Part shown: in pieces, positions 17,500 through 28,048 of the stretch | How the letters are laid out: each line of letters starts with the position of its first letter | Numbering within the stretch: the stretch's first letter is position 1 | Assembly (NCBI GenBank): GCA_964342515.1 | Contig: CAYFFP010000001.1 | Location: 78,204 to 142,203 of the forward strand | DNA length: 64,000 nucleotides | Source of the DNA: an uncultured Candidatus Saccharibacteria bacterium | GTDB taxonomy: Bacteria; Patescibacteriota; Minisyncoccia; Phycocordibacterales; Zambryskibacteraceae | Direction of reading: 5' to 3' | The notes under the pieces: model-generated | Told to the model about the DNA's origin: nothing | Seen by the model: only the letters and a program-made list of their open reading frames with translations | The model's database searches: none | Position numbers and translations under genes: made by a program

Positions 17500-18071
17500 A
17501 AAAGATTTTTATCCTGCTCGGTCATCCGGACGAAGACAGCTTTAACTGCACTCTGGCGGACGAATATCAGAGGGGAGCGGAGCTGGCCAGACATAATGTC
17601 CGTAGAATGAATATTTCCGACATGCAATTCGACCCGGTGCTCCATCACGGCTACCGGCTACTGCAGGAGCTTGAGCCGGACCTCATCGCTTTTCAGGAAA
17701 ATATGCGTTGGTGCGAGCACTTCGTAGTCTTTTACCCATCATGGTGGTCAACGATGCCCGCTTTACTCAAGGGACTTTTTGACCGAGTGTGGTTGCCGGG
17801 GTTTGCCTTTGTCTTTACCAGCCAGTTTAGTTGGAAAAAGCTTCTGAAAGGCAGGAGCGCCACCATGTTCGTCACTTCTGACACCATTCCTCTTATTCAG
17901 CGACTTGTATTTGGCGACACCACCAACGAATTGAAGAAAGGCATTCTCTGGTTTGCCGGCTTTGGTCCTATCCGTGTAAGAAAATTTGGCTATCTCAAAC
18001 ACATGGGCTCCACCGGTCGCCGCGAAAGAATCAAACGGAAGGTCTACAATTTCGGCAAAAAAGCGAAATGA
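17496..18071 (+). CDS. Flavodoxin-like fold NAD(P)H dehydrogenase (quinone) family protein (KefF/MdaB-like)
   Basis: MKKIFILLGHPDEDSFN...YPSWWSTMPALLKGLFDRVW parallels KefF/NQO-type IYAHP...WYSIPPLLKLWIDKV. Confidence 0.6.
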   Translation: MKKIFILLGHPDEDSFNCTLADEYQRGAELARHNVRRMNISDMQFDPVLHHGYRLLQELEPDLIAFQENMRWCEHFVVFYPSWWSTMPALLKGLFDRVWLPGFAFVFTSQFSWKKLLKGRSATMFVTSDTIPLIQRLVFGDTTNELKKGILWFAGFGPIRVRKFGYLKHMGSTGRRERIKRKVYNFGKKAK

Positions 18072-18814
18072 CAAAACTCTCAATTTTTATCGCTCTGAGT
18101 TTTGTTTTAACCACGCCGGCATATGCGGACTCTCTCTTCTCCGACGGGTTCGAGTCGGATACGGAATTTTCCGGCTGGTCGCAGAATGTCCTGACCGAAT
18201 GGGATGTCATAAATAATTCCGCCGGCGCTCATGGCGGTTCAAAGCGCGCGCAAGTAAACGGCACTACTACAGGACAAACCTACGCCATCATTAGGGAACA
18301 ATCTACGTCTGATTATGAAAATATTTCTCTTTCGTTCTGGTACAAAATCAATAATGGCCTCGAATCAGATGATCATGTTCTGGCTGAATGGTCTCTAAAT
18401 GGATCAAGCTGGACTACGGTAGAGGATTTAACTAATGCTTCAACAACCTCCGGCTACACGCAAAGTATTTCGAATCTTTCGTCAGGAGCAAACGACCAAT
18501 CCGGATTCCGCTTCCGGTTCTTTGCAAACTTGGGAGCCTCAAGCGACGTGGTAAGCATTGATGATGTCGAGTTAAGCGGAACCGTGATTGCGGTCGCTAC
18601 GCCGGTGGTTGAAGAATCAAGCGGCCCGGTCGGCAGCTCCCGTCCGCCAACGCCCTCACCCCAAATTGGCGAGATTCTCGGCGCCTCGACCTCCGTTTTT
18701 ATTGAGAGGGAAGCGGCGATAAAAGACGCCGAGGCGGAACTTATCAAAATCATGGAGAATTTTATAATCCTCCTCCAATCCGAAATCGCCTCTTATCCTG
18801 CTTCGCATGTCTAA
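18068..18814 (+). CDS. Secreted hypothetical protein (signal peptide)
   Basis: MTKLSIFIALSFVLTTPAYA is signal-like. Ser/Thr-rich with a Pro-rich C-terminus. Confidence 0.45.
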   Translation: MTKLSIFIALSFVLTTPAYADSLFSDGFESDTEFSGWSQNVLTEWDVINNSAGAHGGSKRAQVNGTTTGQTYAIIREQSTSDYENISLSFWYKINNGLESDDHVLAEWSLNGSSWTTVEDLTNASTTSGYTQSISNLSSGANDQSGFRFRFFANLGASSDVVSIDDVELSGTVIAVATPVVEESSGPVGSSRPPTPSPQIGEILGASTSVFIEREAAIKDAEAELIKIMENFIILLQSEIASYPASHV

Positions 18815-18934
18815 GCTTTCTGTAGGCATGGTCTGAACACAATGCAACATGCTGTGCCATTCTTCTTTACGATAAAACTTCCTAAACCTCAAAAATTATT
18901 TGGGAATAGATAGTCAATAACTTAGCTTTTCCTC

Positions 18935-20035
18935 TTATGGATGCTCTTCGTGGTAGTCGGTTATGTAATATTTATCCCTCTTCTCTTTAACGTCCTTGTA
19001 ATCTGCTAAAAAGACAAGAAGATATTTATTCTGATAATGAATACTGTTATCCTCCATCCATTCAGGTACAGGCCATCCATCATCCTCTCTCTTATATGGA
19101 TCGACGAAATTGTCTCTACTAAGTTTTTCTAAAGATTTAGTATAGAATTTTTTATATACATCCCCGAATTTCTTTCCAGCAACCTCATCACTGGCAAATT
19201 GAGCCCTAAGGTAGCTATAATCAACCATCTCACTATTTAATTCTTTCCAGTCATGTGTCCAGTCATTTTTTGCTCCAGATAAAAGACCCTTATAGGATTC
19301 TGTAGCATACATTGAAAAATTTAGGTAATTTATAGGGATTGATTGAGATACATACATAAGAGGGAAGCTGGTGATAGTTTCCCAAGTTTTATATACAGCC
19401 AAACCTTCTTTTTGATAGAAATGGGGAGTTGTATTTTTATCAAAATCACCAATCTGAACCTTTATCTCTCCATTTACTATTAACACTCTTATCTGTATTC
19501 CACTCCAGATATTATTGTAAAAGTGTCCCTCTTCCTCTTCTTTCTGCCCTATATATTCATATGGAATGTAAATCTCATGTTCTACACTATCATTGAAATC
19601 TACCTCATTGTTTTTCCATAAAATATTGTTCTTTATATTAAATTTTGCTTTTTCCCATATATATCGGACTCCTTTGTGGACACGATCATTTTCATTATCA
19701 AAACCATATTTCTTTTTATAGTTTTCAATTAAAGTCTTAATCCATTCCGATTCGTCTTTAAATTTAAACTTCTCGTTCTCTTTAAGTTTTCTGAATAAGT
19801 TTAAAACAGATGAATGTTTAAGAATCTCTGCTATGTTTATCTTTACTTCTATTGTTATATTTGAAAGTATTTCTTTTTCAGTATTATTTATCCCTTCAAA
19901 AATCCTTTTGAGACTTTGCCCGAATAGCCTTGAGAAGAACCAAGTCAACAAAATAATTGCTACGAAGAAGTTATTTTCATAGAAAAAATATATACTTGCT
20001 CCTCCTATTATGAGAGTAAATATTCCTGACTTCAT
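18935..20035 (-). CDS. Hypothetical membrane-anchored protein
   Basis: 366 aa with N-terminal TM helices. AT-rich; first gene of island 2. Confidence 0.45.
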   Translation of the reverse strand: MKSGIFTLIIGGASIYFFYENNFFVAIILLTWFFSRLFGQSLKRIFEGINNTEKEILSNITIEVKINIAEILKHSSVLNLFRKLKENEKFKFKDESEWIKTLIENYKKKYGFDNENDRVHKGVRYIWEKAKFNIKNNILWKNNEVDFNDSVEHEIYIPYEYIGQKEEEEGHFYNNIWSGIQIRVLIVNGEIKVQIGDFDKNTTPHFYQKEGLAVYKTWETITSFPLMYVSQSIPINYLNFSMYATESYKGLLSGAKNDWTHDWKELNSEMVDYSYLRAQFASDEVAGKKFGDVYKKFYTKSLEKLSRDNFVDPYKREDDGWPVPEWMEDNSIHYQNKYLLVFLADYKDVKEKRDKYYITDYHEEHP

Positions 20036-20036
20036 A

Positions 20037-20312
20037 CTAGATACTTTCGCAGGCTATGCCATCCTTATCTCGATCTAAGCCGTGTGGGTCATAGGATGGT
20101 CCGCCATCGGATTCAAAGAATCTTTGGGCTTCAGCTTGAGAAGAGAAATCTCCACAATCCCTGTCCCCGAACTCTTCATAGCTTCTTTCTGTTGAATAAT
20201 CAGTGTCTTCTTGTAACTGCAACTTGTTTGGTTCTGGATTACCACCGCTCAAAGTCATGACTCCAAGTATTCCTGCTAAAACTACTCCTCCTGCTATAAG
20301 TGTGTTTTTCAT
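20037..20312 (-). CDS. Excalibur Ca-binding domain protein (secreted)
   Basis: Signal/TM N-terminus. DCGDFSSQAEAQRFFE...DRDKDGIACES matches the Excalibur motif and resembles the C-terminus of the 10982-11815 nuclease. Confidence 0.6.
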   Translation of the reverse strand: MKNTLIAGGVVLAGILGVMTLSGGNPEPNKLQLQEDTDYSTERSYEEFGDRDCGDFSSQAEAQRFFESDGGPSYDPHGLDRDKDGIACESI

Positions 20313-20356
20313 TTTAGTAGTAGAACTTTATAAAATTAACAATAATTCTTTGTAAG

Positions 20357-21088
20357 TTATTGGCACCACTTAGCCGTTCTTGTGAGAATAATGGGGAATC
20401 CGCTTACTTGGCGACCATTATCGGCCTTCCATTCTTGAATTGTCACACTGAATGTTCCAGGCTCTGTTATGTCCTGGGCACGGGCAAAAATGTAACTATG
20501 CAATCTACCCCCATCGGTCTGTATTCTCTCATTGAATTGATTAACAGTTACTAGATGGGAGTAAGAAGAAACTAAGATGTAAGGTGAACCACTTTCCCAA
20601 CGGGCAGTGAGCTTACCATCATCGTATTGTGTAGTGCCTGTGGCAGTAAGCCCAACTACGTTAATCTGACCGATAAGGAAATCATATTCATTACTCTGGC
20701 TACCATGCCCTTGTCCTGGAATCATGCAGTAATCAGATAATGGAGCTTGTGCCAAAAAAGTAAGTGGGGTTGGTGGTGGAGGTGGAGGCAGAGGTGGTGG
20801 CACCACTACTGGAATTGGCGTGGTGTTAGTTATTACAGTATCTACCTTCTGGCTCACGGCTCCCAATTGCGTAGCTTGAGTAGCTTGCTGGGCTATGAGT
20901 TCGGCAATCTGTGTCTGTAACTCCGCTATCCTCGCTAGAAGAATCTGAATTGTAAGGTCTTGGATTTGCTGGTTGATAGCTCGGATTTGTTCTTGCTGTT
21001 CAGCAGAAAATGTCTGGGCCCTCACAACAAAGGATGGTGTAATAAATAAACTCAGAACAACCAATGTTGATATTAAACTTTTTTTCAT
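20357..21088 (-). CDS. Secreted protein with coiled-coil, poly-Pro linker and C-terminal beta-rich domain
   Basis: Signal peptide, Gln/Ala-rich coiled coil, PPPLPPPPPPTPL. Confidence 0.45.
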   Translation of the reverse strand: MKKSLISTLVVLSLFITPSFVVRAQTFSAEQQEQIRAINQQIQDLTIQILLARIAELQTQIAELIAQQATQATQLGAVSQKVDTVITNTTPIPVVVPPPLPPPPPPTPLTFLAQAPLSDYCMIPGQGHGSQSNEYDFLIGQINVVGLTATGTTQYDDGKLTARWESGSPYILVSSYSHLVTVNQFNERIQTDGGRLHSYIFARAQDITEPGTFSVTIQEWKADNGRQVSGFPIILTRTAKWCQ

Positions 21089-21351
21089 ATCTATATCTAT
21101 CTTTATTTATAAACAGAAAGCCCACCACGGGCGGTAGCTAAGCTACCCACTGCCAGTTTCCCGACAGGACCGATGAAGGTATTCCCATGATGGGTTTTCC
21201 ATCCTTCATCGGTTTTAACCATGCTTAGCCCTTAAAAGAGCTAGGTTTAGGTTATTAAACTACATAGTCAGAGTAGCACTTTTACCCTAGAAAAATCAAC
21301 TAGGAAGTGGTATAACGTTCACGAAGTTCACTCATTCATATAGAGATAAAA

Positions 21352-22542
21352 ATGACAAAGTATTTCAACCTAGGATTTCCGACTAAGAAAAAGTGGCTCA
21401 AAAACTACTGGCAGAGGAACATCAATACCTTTCTTTACGCCATTGAGAATCCTGAAATTCAGGAAGCGATTAGGAAGTATCGGGAAATCTGGCTGACAAA
21501 TGAGATAGGTAGGACCCCCGAGGAACTAGAGCCTATCCTCAAAAGAATTTTCCTTAAAGAAGCCGAAAGTGGCAGAGATTTGGATAACCTAACTTGGGAT
21601 GGAAATAAGGTGGTGAAAGAGGATGGGGAGTACTACGTAATAGCGAAGAGAGGTAAAGATGGCTATACCAAAGTGCCACTTGGCTCCACTCTCCAAGAGA
21701 GTACGAAATGGCATTTAAGTAATCCGTTCTATATTTTCAATGATGATCAAATTCTGAAGCCAGAGTGGAAACTTAGGCTTACGAAAATGCTCGCTAATCC
21801 CAAAGAGAATAGCTGGCTTTTTGAACCGAGGTTTGCGATCAATGAAGCAATCATAGTTCACCCATCATCTCACATGGGTATTATGACACTTCACGAGCTG
21901 AGTTTTCTAAGACCTCTTGATATGCACGTACTCGGTCGTCTCAACTTAGACTACTTTGTCTTTTGGCCAATGTTTTTCTACTACGCTCTCACTGATGATA
22001 TGGATTACATAATTGAAAATGTCGGCTTCCTGACGTATCCAGTAAAAGTTTTCTTGGTGGAAGATGGAGAACACAAGAACTTAGTTTTTAGATTTTATGG
22101 CGACTGCAATTTCAACGAAATCCAGAAGTTTATTTCCGAGAATAAGGTGAACTTCGAGAAGCTAACAAAGTTACTCGGTAACCCCTCGGTAACGGGGAGT
22201 GGGATGAAAGATTTCTATATGTACAAGACAAGGCAAGTCTCTGGCGACAGTCTCATTGCTTTTTCTGAACTTGGTAAGAGAAATGTTATAAAACTCCCAA
22301 AGAAAAAGCCTGAGCAAATGAGCTACAAGGACTACTTGGCCAAGAATGTGGTCCAAGATCTAGGAGGCCTGATTGGTAGCAAGAAGTTGGTGAAGAAGCA
22401 GAACAAGAAAGAGCTTGCAAGAATCAATGTAGCTTACTCTCAAGTGAAGAAAGAGATTGGCAATCTCACTAAATACGACAAGTGGAAGGCTCTAGAGGAG
22501 GCAAAGAAGCTAGTTGATGAGATAAATAAGCCCAAACTCTAA
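21352..22542 (+). CDS. Hypothetical protein (element cargo)
   Basis: 396 aa, preceded by extended -10 TGGTATAAC at approx 21308-21316. No known motif. Confidence 0.45.
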   Translation: MTKYFNLGFPTKKKWLKNYWQRNINTFLYAIENPEIQEAIRKYREIWLTNEIGRTPEELEPILKRIFLKEAESGRDLDNLTWDGNKVVKEDGEYYVIAKRGKDGYTKVPLGSTLQESTKWHLSNPFYIFNDDQILKPEWKLRLTKMLANPKENSWLFEPRFAINEAIIVHPSSHMGIMTLHELSFLRPLDMHVLGRLNLDYFVFWPMFFYYALTDDMDYIIENVGFLTYPVKVFLVEDGEHKNLVFRFYGDCNFNEIQKFISENKVNFEKLTKLLGNPSVTGSGMKDFYMYKTRQVSGDSLIAFSELGKRNVIKLPKKKPEQMSYKDYLAKNVVQDLGGLIGSKKLVKKQNKKELARINVAYSQVKKEIGNLTKYDKWKALEEAKKLVDEINKPKL

Positions 22543-22639
22543 GTTCTAAAATCAAGGGGAAAGTGATTAACGCTACTTTGCACGGTTGCGTTAATTTTTT
22601 GCGTGGGAAAATCTCATCATTAAAAGTTAAAGATAAAAG

Positions 22640-22909
22640 ATGAAAACAGATAAAGATAGATACCTAAGGACCACCTCGTTTCCCATGACTACCTTTCTCT
22701 TTGCGAAGGGTTTTCAAATTGCGGGGATAAATCCCACGGGGGAGGGGGATCAACAGGAATTCGTGTTTGTGAGCACCCCTCAGTTAGAGGAGTTGGCTGA
22801 CCTCTACAGGTTCGGGCCAAAGAATGATGAACGGTTGCTTGTCTTGGTCCATAAGTATGAGCAGGCAAGGAATGAACTCCTGTCGGCATTAAAAGATAAA
22901 AGATTCTAA
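22640..22909 (+). CDS. Hypothetical small protein
   Basis: 89 aa. Confidence 0.35.
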   Translation: MKTDKDRYLRTTSFPMTTFLFAKGFQIAGINPTGEGDQQEFVFVSTPQLEELADLYRFGPKNDERLLVLVHKYEQARNELLSALKDKRF

Positions 22910-22920
22910 TAGAAATAAAA

Positions 22921-24288
22921 ATGAAAAAGATAGATAGAGAGAGCCGAAAGGCTTCAGTCGTTACAGATGATTTAATAGCAGAGACAATCTACGATCCCGT
23001 CAGTAAGACAACTCAATTTGCTGTGCTGTTTGCACCTAATGAAGTTGGTTTTTCTGAAGAGATACAAGTAAATGGAGAGACTATATACCCACTTGATGCC
23101 AAGAATGACATCGTAAGTAAGGGGGTGGTGCTCCTCCCATCTACAGCTACCGACTATGTAAGCGATACAGAGCTTCTAAACGGTATACAAGGCTTCATTC
23201 ACAAGTATCTGGATATAAGCCCCATGTTCGAGCGTATAGCGAGCTATTATGTGCTTTTTAGCTGGTTATATGACCGTTTCTATGAACTTCCTTATCTCAG
23301 GGCTATAGGGGACTATGGGAGTGGTAAAACAAGGTTTCTACAAGCCATAGGGTCTCTATGCTACAGGCCAATCTTTACTGGCGGAGCAACTACGACAGCA
23401 CCCATATTTCGTATTTTAGATGAGATAAAAGGGACCTTAATTCTGGATGAAGCCGATCTACGTTTCAGTGATATGACCACTGACATCGTGAAGATACTCA
23501 ATATGGGCTATCAGAGAGGTGGTTCTGTCCTAAGAATGCAGGGTAAAGAGAAGTTGGAGATGAAAGCCTTCGACGTTTTCTCTCCAAAGATAGTTGCTAC
23601 CAGAGAGACTTTCAGCGATAAAGCTCTGGAGAGTCGTTTTCTTGTAGAACATATGGGATCAAGCTCACTTCGTAAAGATATTCCAAGACGACTAAGTGAT
23701 GAGTTTTATGACGAAGCCCGTGAACTTCGTAACAAGCTTCTTATGTGGCGATTTAAGAACTATAGAAAAGAACTGCTCTTTGACGATGCTGAGATCGAAG
23801 GTATTCATCCACGACTTCACCAGATAGTTATTCCACTTCTCACCATTATTGAGGATGAGGAAATGAAAATTTCACTCAAGGATTTCGTAAAGGAATACAA
23901 CGGTGAGTTGGCGTCTGATAGGGGTCAGTCTTGGGAAGCTGATGTGACGCTAGCTATTTTAAGACTGGCTCAAGATAGGGGAGAGGACTCCCTTACAGTA
24001 AAGGAAATAAGTGAGGAGACAAATCGAATTATTGATTTTTCTGACGATCATCTTCATGCGAGGAAGGTGGGTTGGATAATGACCAAAAAACTTCACCTTA
24101 AAACTCATCGAACACGCAATGGCTATACCTTATCACTCTCCAAGAACAGAAAGACGATAGAGAGGTGGAAGGAGTGTTTCGGCATTACAGATGAGGATAT
24201 TCAAGGTAATGAGGTGAATGATGTGAATGATGTGCATGTTACTAAGGATAGCGATTCATTAAAAGATGATGACGAAATATTATTCTAA
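22921..24288 (+). CDS. P-loop NTPase, SF3 helicase-like (Walker A GDYGSGKT, Walker B LILDEADL); putative replication protein of integrated element
   Basis: The Walker A/B spacing of about 45 aa and a candidate motif C (KIVATRE) resemble D5/P4-alpha-type SF3 ATPases. C-terminal region possibly DNA-binding. Confidence 0.5.
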   Translation: MKKIDRESRKASVVTDDLIAETIYDPVSKTTQFAVLFAPNEVGFSEEIQVNGETIYPLDAKNDIVSKGVVLLPSTATDYVSDTELLNGIQGFIHKYLDISPMFERIASYYVLFSWLYDRFYELPYLRAIGDYGSGKTRFLQAIGSLCYRPIFTGGATTTAPIFRILDEIKGTLILDEADLRFSDMTTDIVKILNMGYQRGGSVLRMQGKEKLEMKAFDVFSPKIVATRETFSDKALESRFLVEHMGSSSLRKDIPRRLSDEFYDEARELRNKLLMWRFKNYRKELLFDDAEIEGIHPRLHQIVIPLLTIIEDEEMKISLKDFVKEYNGELASDRGQSWEADVTLAILRLAQDRGEDSLTVKEISEETNRIIDFSDDHLHARKVGWIMTKKLHLKTHRTRNGYTLSLSKNRKTIERWKECFGITDEDIQGNEVNDVNDVHVTKDSDSLKDDDEILF

Positions 24289-24935
24289 TGAAAAAGGAAA
24301 TTAAAAAAGCTGAAAGTACCGAAATAGTCAAAAAGTTTACTGACGAAGAAGTTGATCGGTTGCTTAAAAAAGACCTAGCAATTGAAAACGACCCTCGGAA
24401 TTTATTGAAAAAATTCAAAGATGAGGTTCTCCCATCATACTTTTCCGAAGACAAGAATAAGAAGATGAACCAAGAAGAGTTCAATGATAAGGCCAATCAA
24501 GTCATGATTGCTTTTGGCCCCGATACCCATCTCCCGCTGGCTCATGCAGTTAGTACTAAATATCAACCCTTAGCACTGGAATTAACTCGACGACTGAAGA
24601 AGGAACATGATTGCCAATCTACTTCAGAAGTAATGCTGGCTGAGACCATAGCACTCTCCCATACACGAGCACTGGAGCTATCTAGTAAGTTTGCTGTCTT
24701 CAAAGATATTGAATATCTAAGTGCCGAGAAGAATGGATATTACGGGTTGATAGCTAAGGAAATAGACCGTGCTCATCGAAGGATGATGCACTCGCTGTCA
24801 CTGCTCAAACAGATGAAGCAACCGCTGGTAGAGGTAAACATCAAGTCCAAAAACACTTTCTTGGCTCAAAATCAGCAATTCAATGCGGAAAAACCACCAG
24901 AAACCACCAAAAATGAAATCAATGACTCCAAATAA
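24288..24935 (+). CDS. Hypothetical protein
   Basis: 215 aa; ATGA-type overlap with the upstream gene. Confidence 0.4.
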   Translation: MKKEIKKAESTEIVKKFTDEEVDRLLKKDLAIENDPRNLLKKFKDEVLPSYFSEDKNKKMNQEEFNDKANQVMIAFGPDTHLPLAHAVSTKYQPLALELTRRLKKEHDCQSTSEVMLAETIALSHTRALELSSKFAVFKDIEYLSAEKNGYYGLIAKEIDRAHRRMMHSLSLLKQMKQPLVEVNIKSKNTFLAQNQQFNAEKPPETTKNEINDSK

Positions 24936-25242
24936 TTTAGGAAAGAAATTTATAGTCGAGGAGTGCCAGAGGATAACAGTCAAAGACTATCTTCAAAAGT
25001 TTCGAATCAAACTCAAGGAGGAGGTTTTGAGTTCGGTGATGGAGATCGCCCGACAAGAAGTAAGGCTTGATACTACAAACACGGGATTCGGGGGTATTCG
25101 ATACTGGTTTGATTGCCCGATTTGCTCTAGGCGAGTCGGTACTCTCTTTGCTCATCCTCTTAATGGGAAAGTCGGATGTCGGATCTGTTTAGGTTTGGAA
25201 TATAGGGGTAGGCGGTACAAGGGAATGATCGAGGGAAGTTAA
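24883..25242 (+). CDS. Small zinc-ribbon protein
   Basis: FDCPICSRRVGTLFAHPLNGKVGCRIC. Confidence 0.35.
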   Translation: MRKNHQKPPKMKSMTPNNLGKKFIVEECQRITVKDYLQKFRIKLKEEVLSSVMEIARQEVRLDTTNTGFGGIRYWFDCPICSRRVGTLFAHPLNGKVGCRICLGLEYRGRRYKGMIEGS

Positions 25243-25247
25243 ATAAT

Positions 25248-25421
25248 ATGGCCGAAGCTTACCTTAAAAGGAATAGTCTCACTCTTGAGTATCAGTTTAT
25301 GGATAAACCAGAAAAACTGGAGAAAGCATTTGATGTTCTTTTTGAGGAAGTAGCTAAGGAGTTGGAGAAACAAAAGATTGTTGAGCTATCCACACCTGCT
25401 TTGGCATCTATGCACAATTAG
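25248..25421 (+). CDS. Small hypothetical protein (57 aa)
   Basis: Hand-found: MAEAYLKRNSLTLEYQFMDKPEKLEKAFDVLFEEVAKELEKQKIVELSTPALASMHN. Confidence 0.25.
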   Translation: MAEAYLKRNSLTLEYQFMDKPEKLEKAFDVLFEEVAKELEKQKIVELSTPALASMHN

Positions 25422-25436
25422 GTATATAATATAATT

Positions 25437-25625
25437 ATGGAATTTCTTACAAACGATGAAGTTGCAGAAGCTCTAAGAGTAAACCCAAGAACAGTAGATC
25501 GCTGGCTGAATAAGGGGTTGATGGAAGGTTACAAACTTGGAAAAGGGAAGACTGCTCTCTGGCGTATACCTAAGGGTGAAGTTAAAAGATTTTTGGAGAA
25601 GCATAGAAATAGAAAAAAGAAATGA
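25437..25625 (+). CDS. Excisionase/MerR-type HTH DNA-binding protein (putative recombination directionality factor)
   Basis: LTNDEVAEALRVNPRTVDRWLNKGLMEGYKLGKG...WRIPKGEV. Lies immediately upstream of and overlapping the serine recombinase (ATGA). TATATAAT at 25422-25432. Confidence 0.55.
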   Translation: MEFLTNDEVAEALRVNPRTVDRWLNKGLMEGYKLGKGKTALWRIPKGEVKRFLEKHRNRKKK

Positions 25626-27259
25626 ATCAGGACTTATCAAAAATAGAGAAACTGACAGCAACCTATTACAGAGTCTCAACTTCTAATCAGGAAGAAGCAC
25701 AAACAATCCAGACTCAGATTTCTGCTGTCAAAGAATTTGCTAGTAAGAATCATATAAAAATTATCCAAGAGTATATGGATGACGGCTGGAGTGGAGATAC
25801 ACTGATAAGACCCGCTCTAGATCAGTTAAGAGTAGATGCTAGAAAGAAAATGTGGGAAGCAGTTTTAGTCTATGATCCAGATAGACTGGCTAGACGTTAC
25901 TCTTATCAGGAGCTGGTAATGGATGAACTTAAGGAGGCTGGTATTGAGGTAATTTTTGTAACCACTCCTGCTCCTAAAAATAGCGAAGACAAGATCTTAC
26001 ATGGGGTAAAAGGCCTATTTGCTGAGTACGAAAGGGCGAAAATATCAGAAAGATTCAGATTAGGTAAACTGAGAAAGGCAAAGGAAGGACACATCATGAC
26101 ATCGGAAGCTCTTTACGGGTATAGATATATTCCAAGAATAGATAAAGAACAGGGTCGTTATGAAATAAATGAAGAAGAAGCAAGAGTTGTGAAAATGATT
26201 TTCAAATGGGTGGGTGAGGAGGGTCTAACGCTTCGTGCTGTAGTGAAAAGATTGATGGATGTGAAGATTAGACCAAGAAAAAGTAAGAAGGGTGTATGGG
26301 CTACCAGCACGTTAACAACGATGCTTAGACATAAAGGCTATATCGGAGAAGCTCATTGGGGGAAATCATACGCTGTTGTGCCAGAGAATCCATATAAGAT
26401 TGAAAAGTATCGTAAGCAGAAAAAATCTAGTCGCAGGGATCGTCCAGAGGAGGAGTGGTATATCATTCCAATACCTAGAATTATAGATAGAGAATTATTC
26501 GAACGTGTTCGAAAGCAGTTACAAGTGAACTTCGCTTTGTGCAAGCGTAATAAGAGGAATGATTATCTTTTAGCAAGTAAAATATGGTGTTCTTGTGGTT
26601 CTAGAAGGTGTGGTTGTGGACCACAAAAGGGTAAGCATCTCTATTATCGATGTAATGACAGAATTAAAAGCTTTCCACTTCCTGCTAAATGTAAAGAGGG
26701 AGCAGTAAATGCCAGAATCGGTGATCAGTTAGTATGGGAAAGGGTGGCGAATTTAATGAGTTCACCAGAATTATTATTGAAGCAGGCAGAGAGGTGGTTA
26801 AATAATCGTCAAAGTAAAAAAGTATCATCATTGACTGACATCAAGGACTTAGAAAAGGAATCAAAAAAGCTCAAGGATCAAGAAGAGCGATACAATAAAG
26901 CTTATGGGGTAGGTCTACTAAGTATGGAACAGTTGAGAGATTACACCATACCCATCAGAGAAAGGTTGGGGGTTGTCGATTCACAAATAATAAAGACTAA
27001 AGAAGAGAACAATCAAATAGTTTCAATGGGTATGCCGAGCAAGAAAGAAGTGGAGATCTTTGCAAAGGTAGCATCCAGAAAATTACGAAACTTGAATTTC
27101 GAACTGAAACGGGAGATAGTATTGAGCACTGTAGAGAAGGTTGTTGGAAACCAAGAAAAGCTACAAGTTTATGGATATATACCAATAAATCATGTCTTAT
27201 TCAGCTCTGAGTATCGGCATTGTCGGGCTGCCGAACGTGGGGAAGTCCACGCTCTTTAA
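25622..27259 (+). CDS. Large serine recombinase (integrase) with resolvase catalytic domain, recombinase domain, zinc ribbon and coiled coil
   Basis: [10 protein letters not shown] supplies the catalytic Ser. DRLARR. Cys cluster [11 protein letters not shown]...YYRCN. A coiled-coil follows. The 3' end reads 68 nt into ychF in another frame. Confidence 0.85.
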   Translation: MNQDLSKIEKLTATYYRVSTSNQEEAQTIQTQISAVKEFASKNHIKIIQEYMDDGWSGDTLIRPALDQLRVDARKKMWEAVLVYDPDRLARRYSYQELVMDELKEAGIEVIFVTTPAPKNSEDKILHGVKGLFAEYERAKISERFRLGKLRKAKEGHIMTSEALYGYRYIPRIDKEQGRYEINEEEARVVKMIFKWVGEEGLTLRAVVKRLMDVKIRPRKSKKGVWATSTLTTMLRHKGYIGEAHWGKSYAVVPENPYKIEKYRKQKKSSRRDRPEEEWYIIPIPRIIDRELFERVRKQLQVNFALCKRNKRNDYLLASKIWCSCGSRRCGCGPQKGKHLYYRCNDRIKSFPLPAKCKEGAVNARIGDQLVWERVANLMSSPELLLKQAERWLNNRQSKKVSSLTDIKDLEKESKKLKDQEERYNKAYGVGLLSMEQLRDYTIPIRERLGVVDSQIIKTKEENNQIVSMGMPSKKEVEIFAKVASRKLRNLNFELKREIVLSTVEKVVGNQEKLQVYGYIPINHVLFSSEYRHCRAAERGEVHAL

Positions 27260-28007
27260 CGCGCTGACGAAAAAGGGGGTGCCGGCGGAGAATTATCCTT
27301 TCTGCACCATCGACCCATCGGTGGGTATCGTGCCAGTGCCTGACGAAAGACTCGATAAATTGGCGGAGCTTTCTAAATCTAAAAAAGTCATCCCGGCTGT
27401 TGTTGAGTTTGTAGATATAGCCGGACTGGTGAAAGGGGCTAGCGAGGGCGAGGGGCTCGGAAACAAGTTCCTCTCTCACATTCGCGAAGTGGATGCCATT
27501 ATCGAGGTGGTGAGAATCTTTGAAGATAAAGATATCATCCACGTGCATGACAAAGTTGACCCGCTCTTCGATATCGAAATTATTAATCTTGAATTAGAGA
27601 AAGCGGGGATACAGAAGCCGACTCTCTATGTGCTCAATATGTCGGAAGCGGCGGAGAATTTGGAATTTAATGTTCCCGGACCTTATGTAAAAATTGATCC
27701 GGTATTTGGTACTGGTTTAGATAAATTGATAGTAGAAGCATACAAACTCCTCGATCTGATCACTTTCTTTACCACCGGAGAGAAGGAGAGTAGGGCTTGG
27801 ACGACTCGCCGCGGTTCAACTGCGCCAGAAGCGGGCAAATCCATTCATACTGATTTCCAAGAAAAATTCATCCGCGCAGAAGTGATTCACTACGACAAAC
27901 TCCTTGAAGCCGGCTCTTACGCCAACGCCCGCGCCAAGGGGTGGGTAAGAACGGAGGGAAAGGAATACATCGTCCAAGACGGCGACGTGATTGAATTTTT
28001 GATTTAA
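27192..28007 (+). CDS. ychF: Ribosome-binding ATPase YchF (Obg-like), shortened form
   Basis: [18 protein letters not shown] is the P-loop. C-terminal TGS-like block [13 protein letters not shown]...[14 protein letters not shown]...GDVIEFL follows. Confidence 0.8.
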   Translation: MSYSALSIGIVGLPNVGKSTLFNALTKKGVPAENYPFCTIDPSVGIVPVPDERLDKLAELSKSKKVIPAVVEFVDIAGLVKGASEGEGLGNKFLSHIREVDAIIEVVRIFEDKDIIHVHDKVDPLFDIEIINLELEKAGIQKPTLYVLNMSEAAENLEFNVPGPYVKIDPVFGTGLDKLIVEAYKLLDLITFFTTGEKESRAWTTRRGSTAPEAGKSIHTDFQEKFIRAEVIHYDKLLEAGSYANARAKGWVRTEGKEYIVQDGDVIEFLI

Positions 28008-28014
28008 GGTAATG

Positions 28015-28042
28015 TTGACACTTCATATCCGTTGTATATACT
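28015..28042 (+). promoter_or_regulatory. Sigma70-like promoter (TTGACA-16nt-TATACT) for the dinJ/yafQ-like pair, near-leaderless
   Basis: TTGACA at 28015-28020 and TATACT at 28037-28042. ATG at 28049, only 6 nt downstream of the -10. Confidence 0.5.
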
Positions 28043-28048
28043 ATAGAT

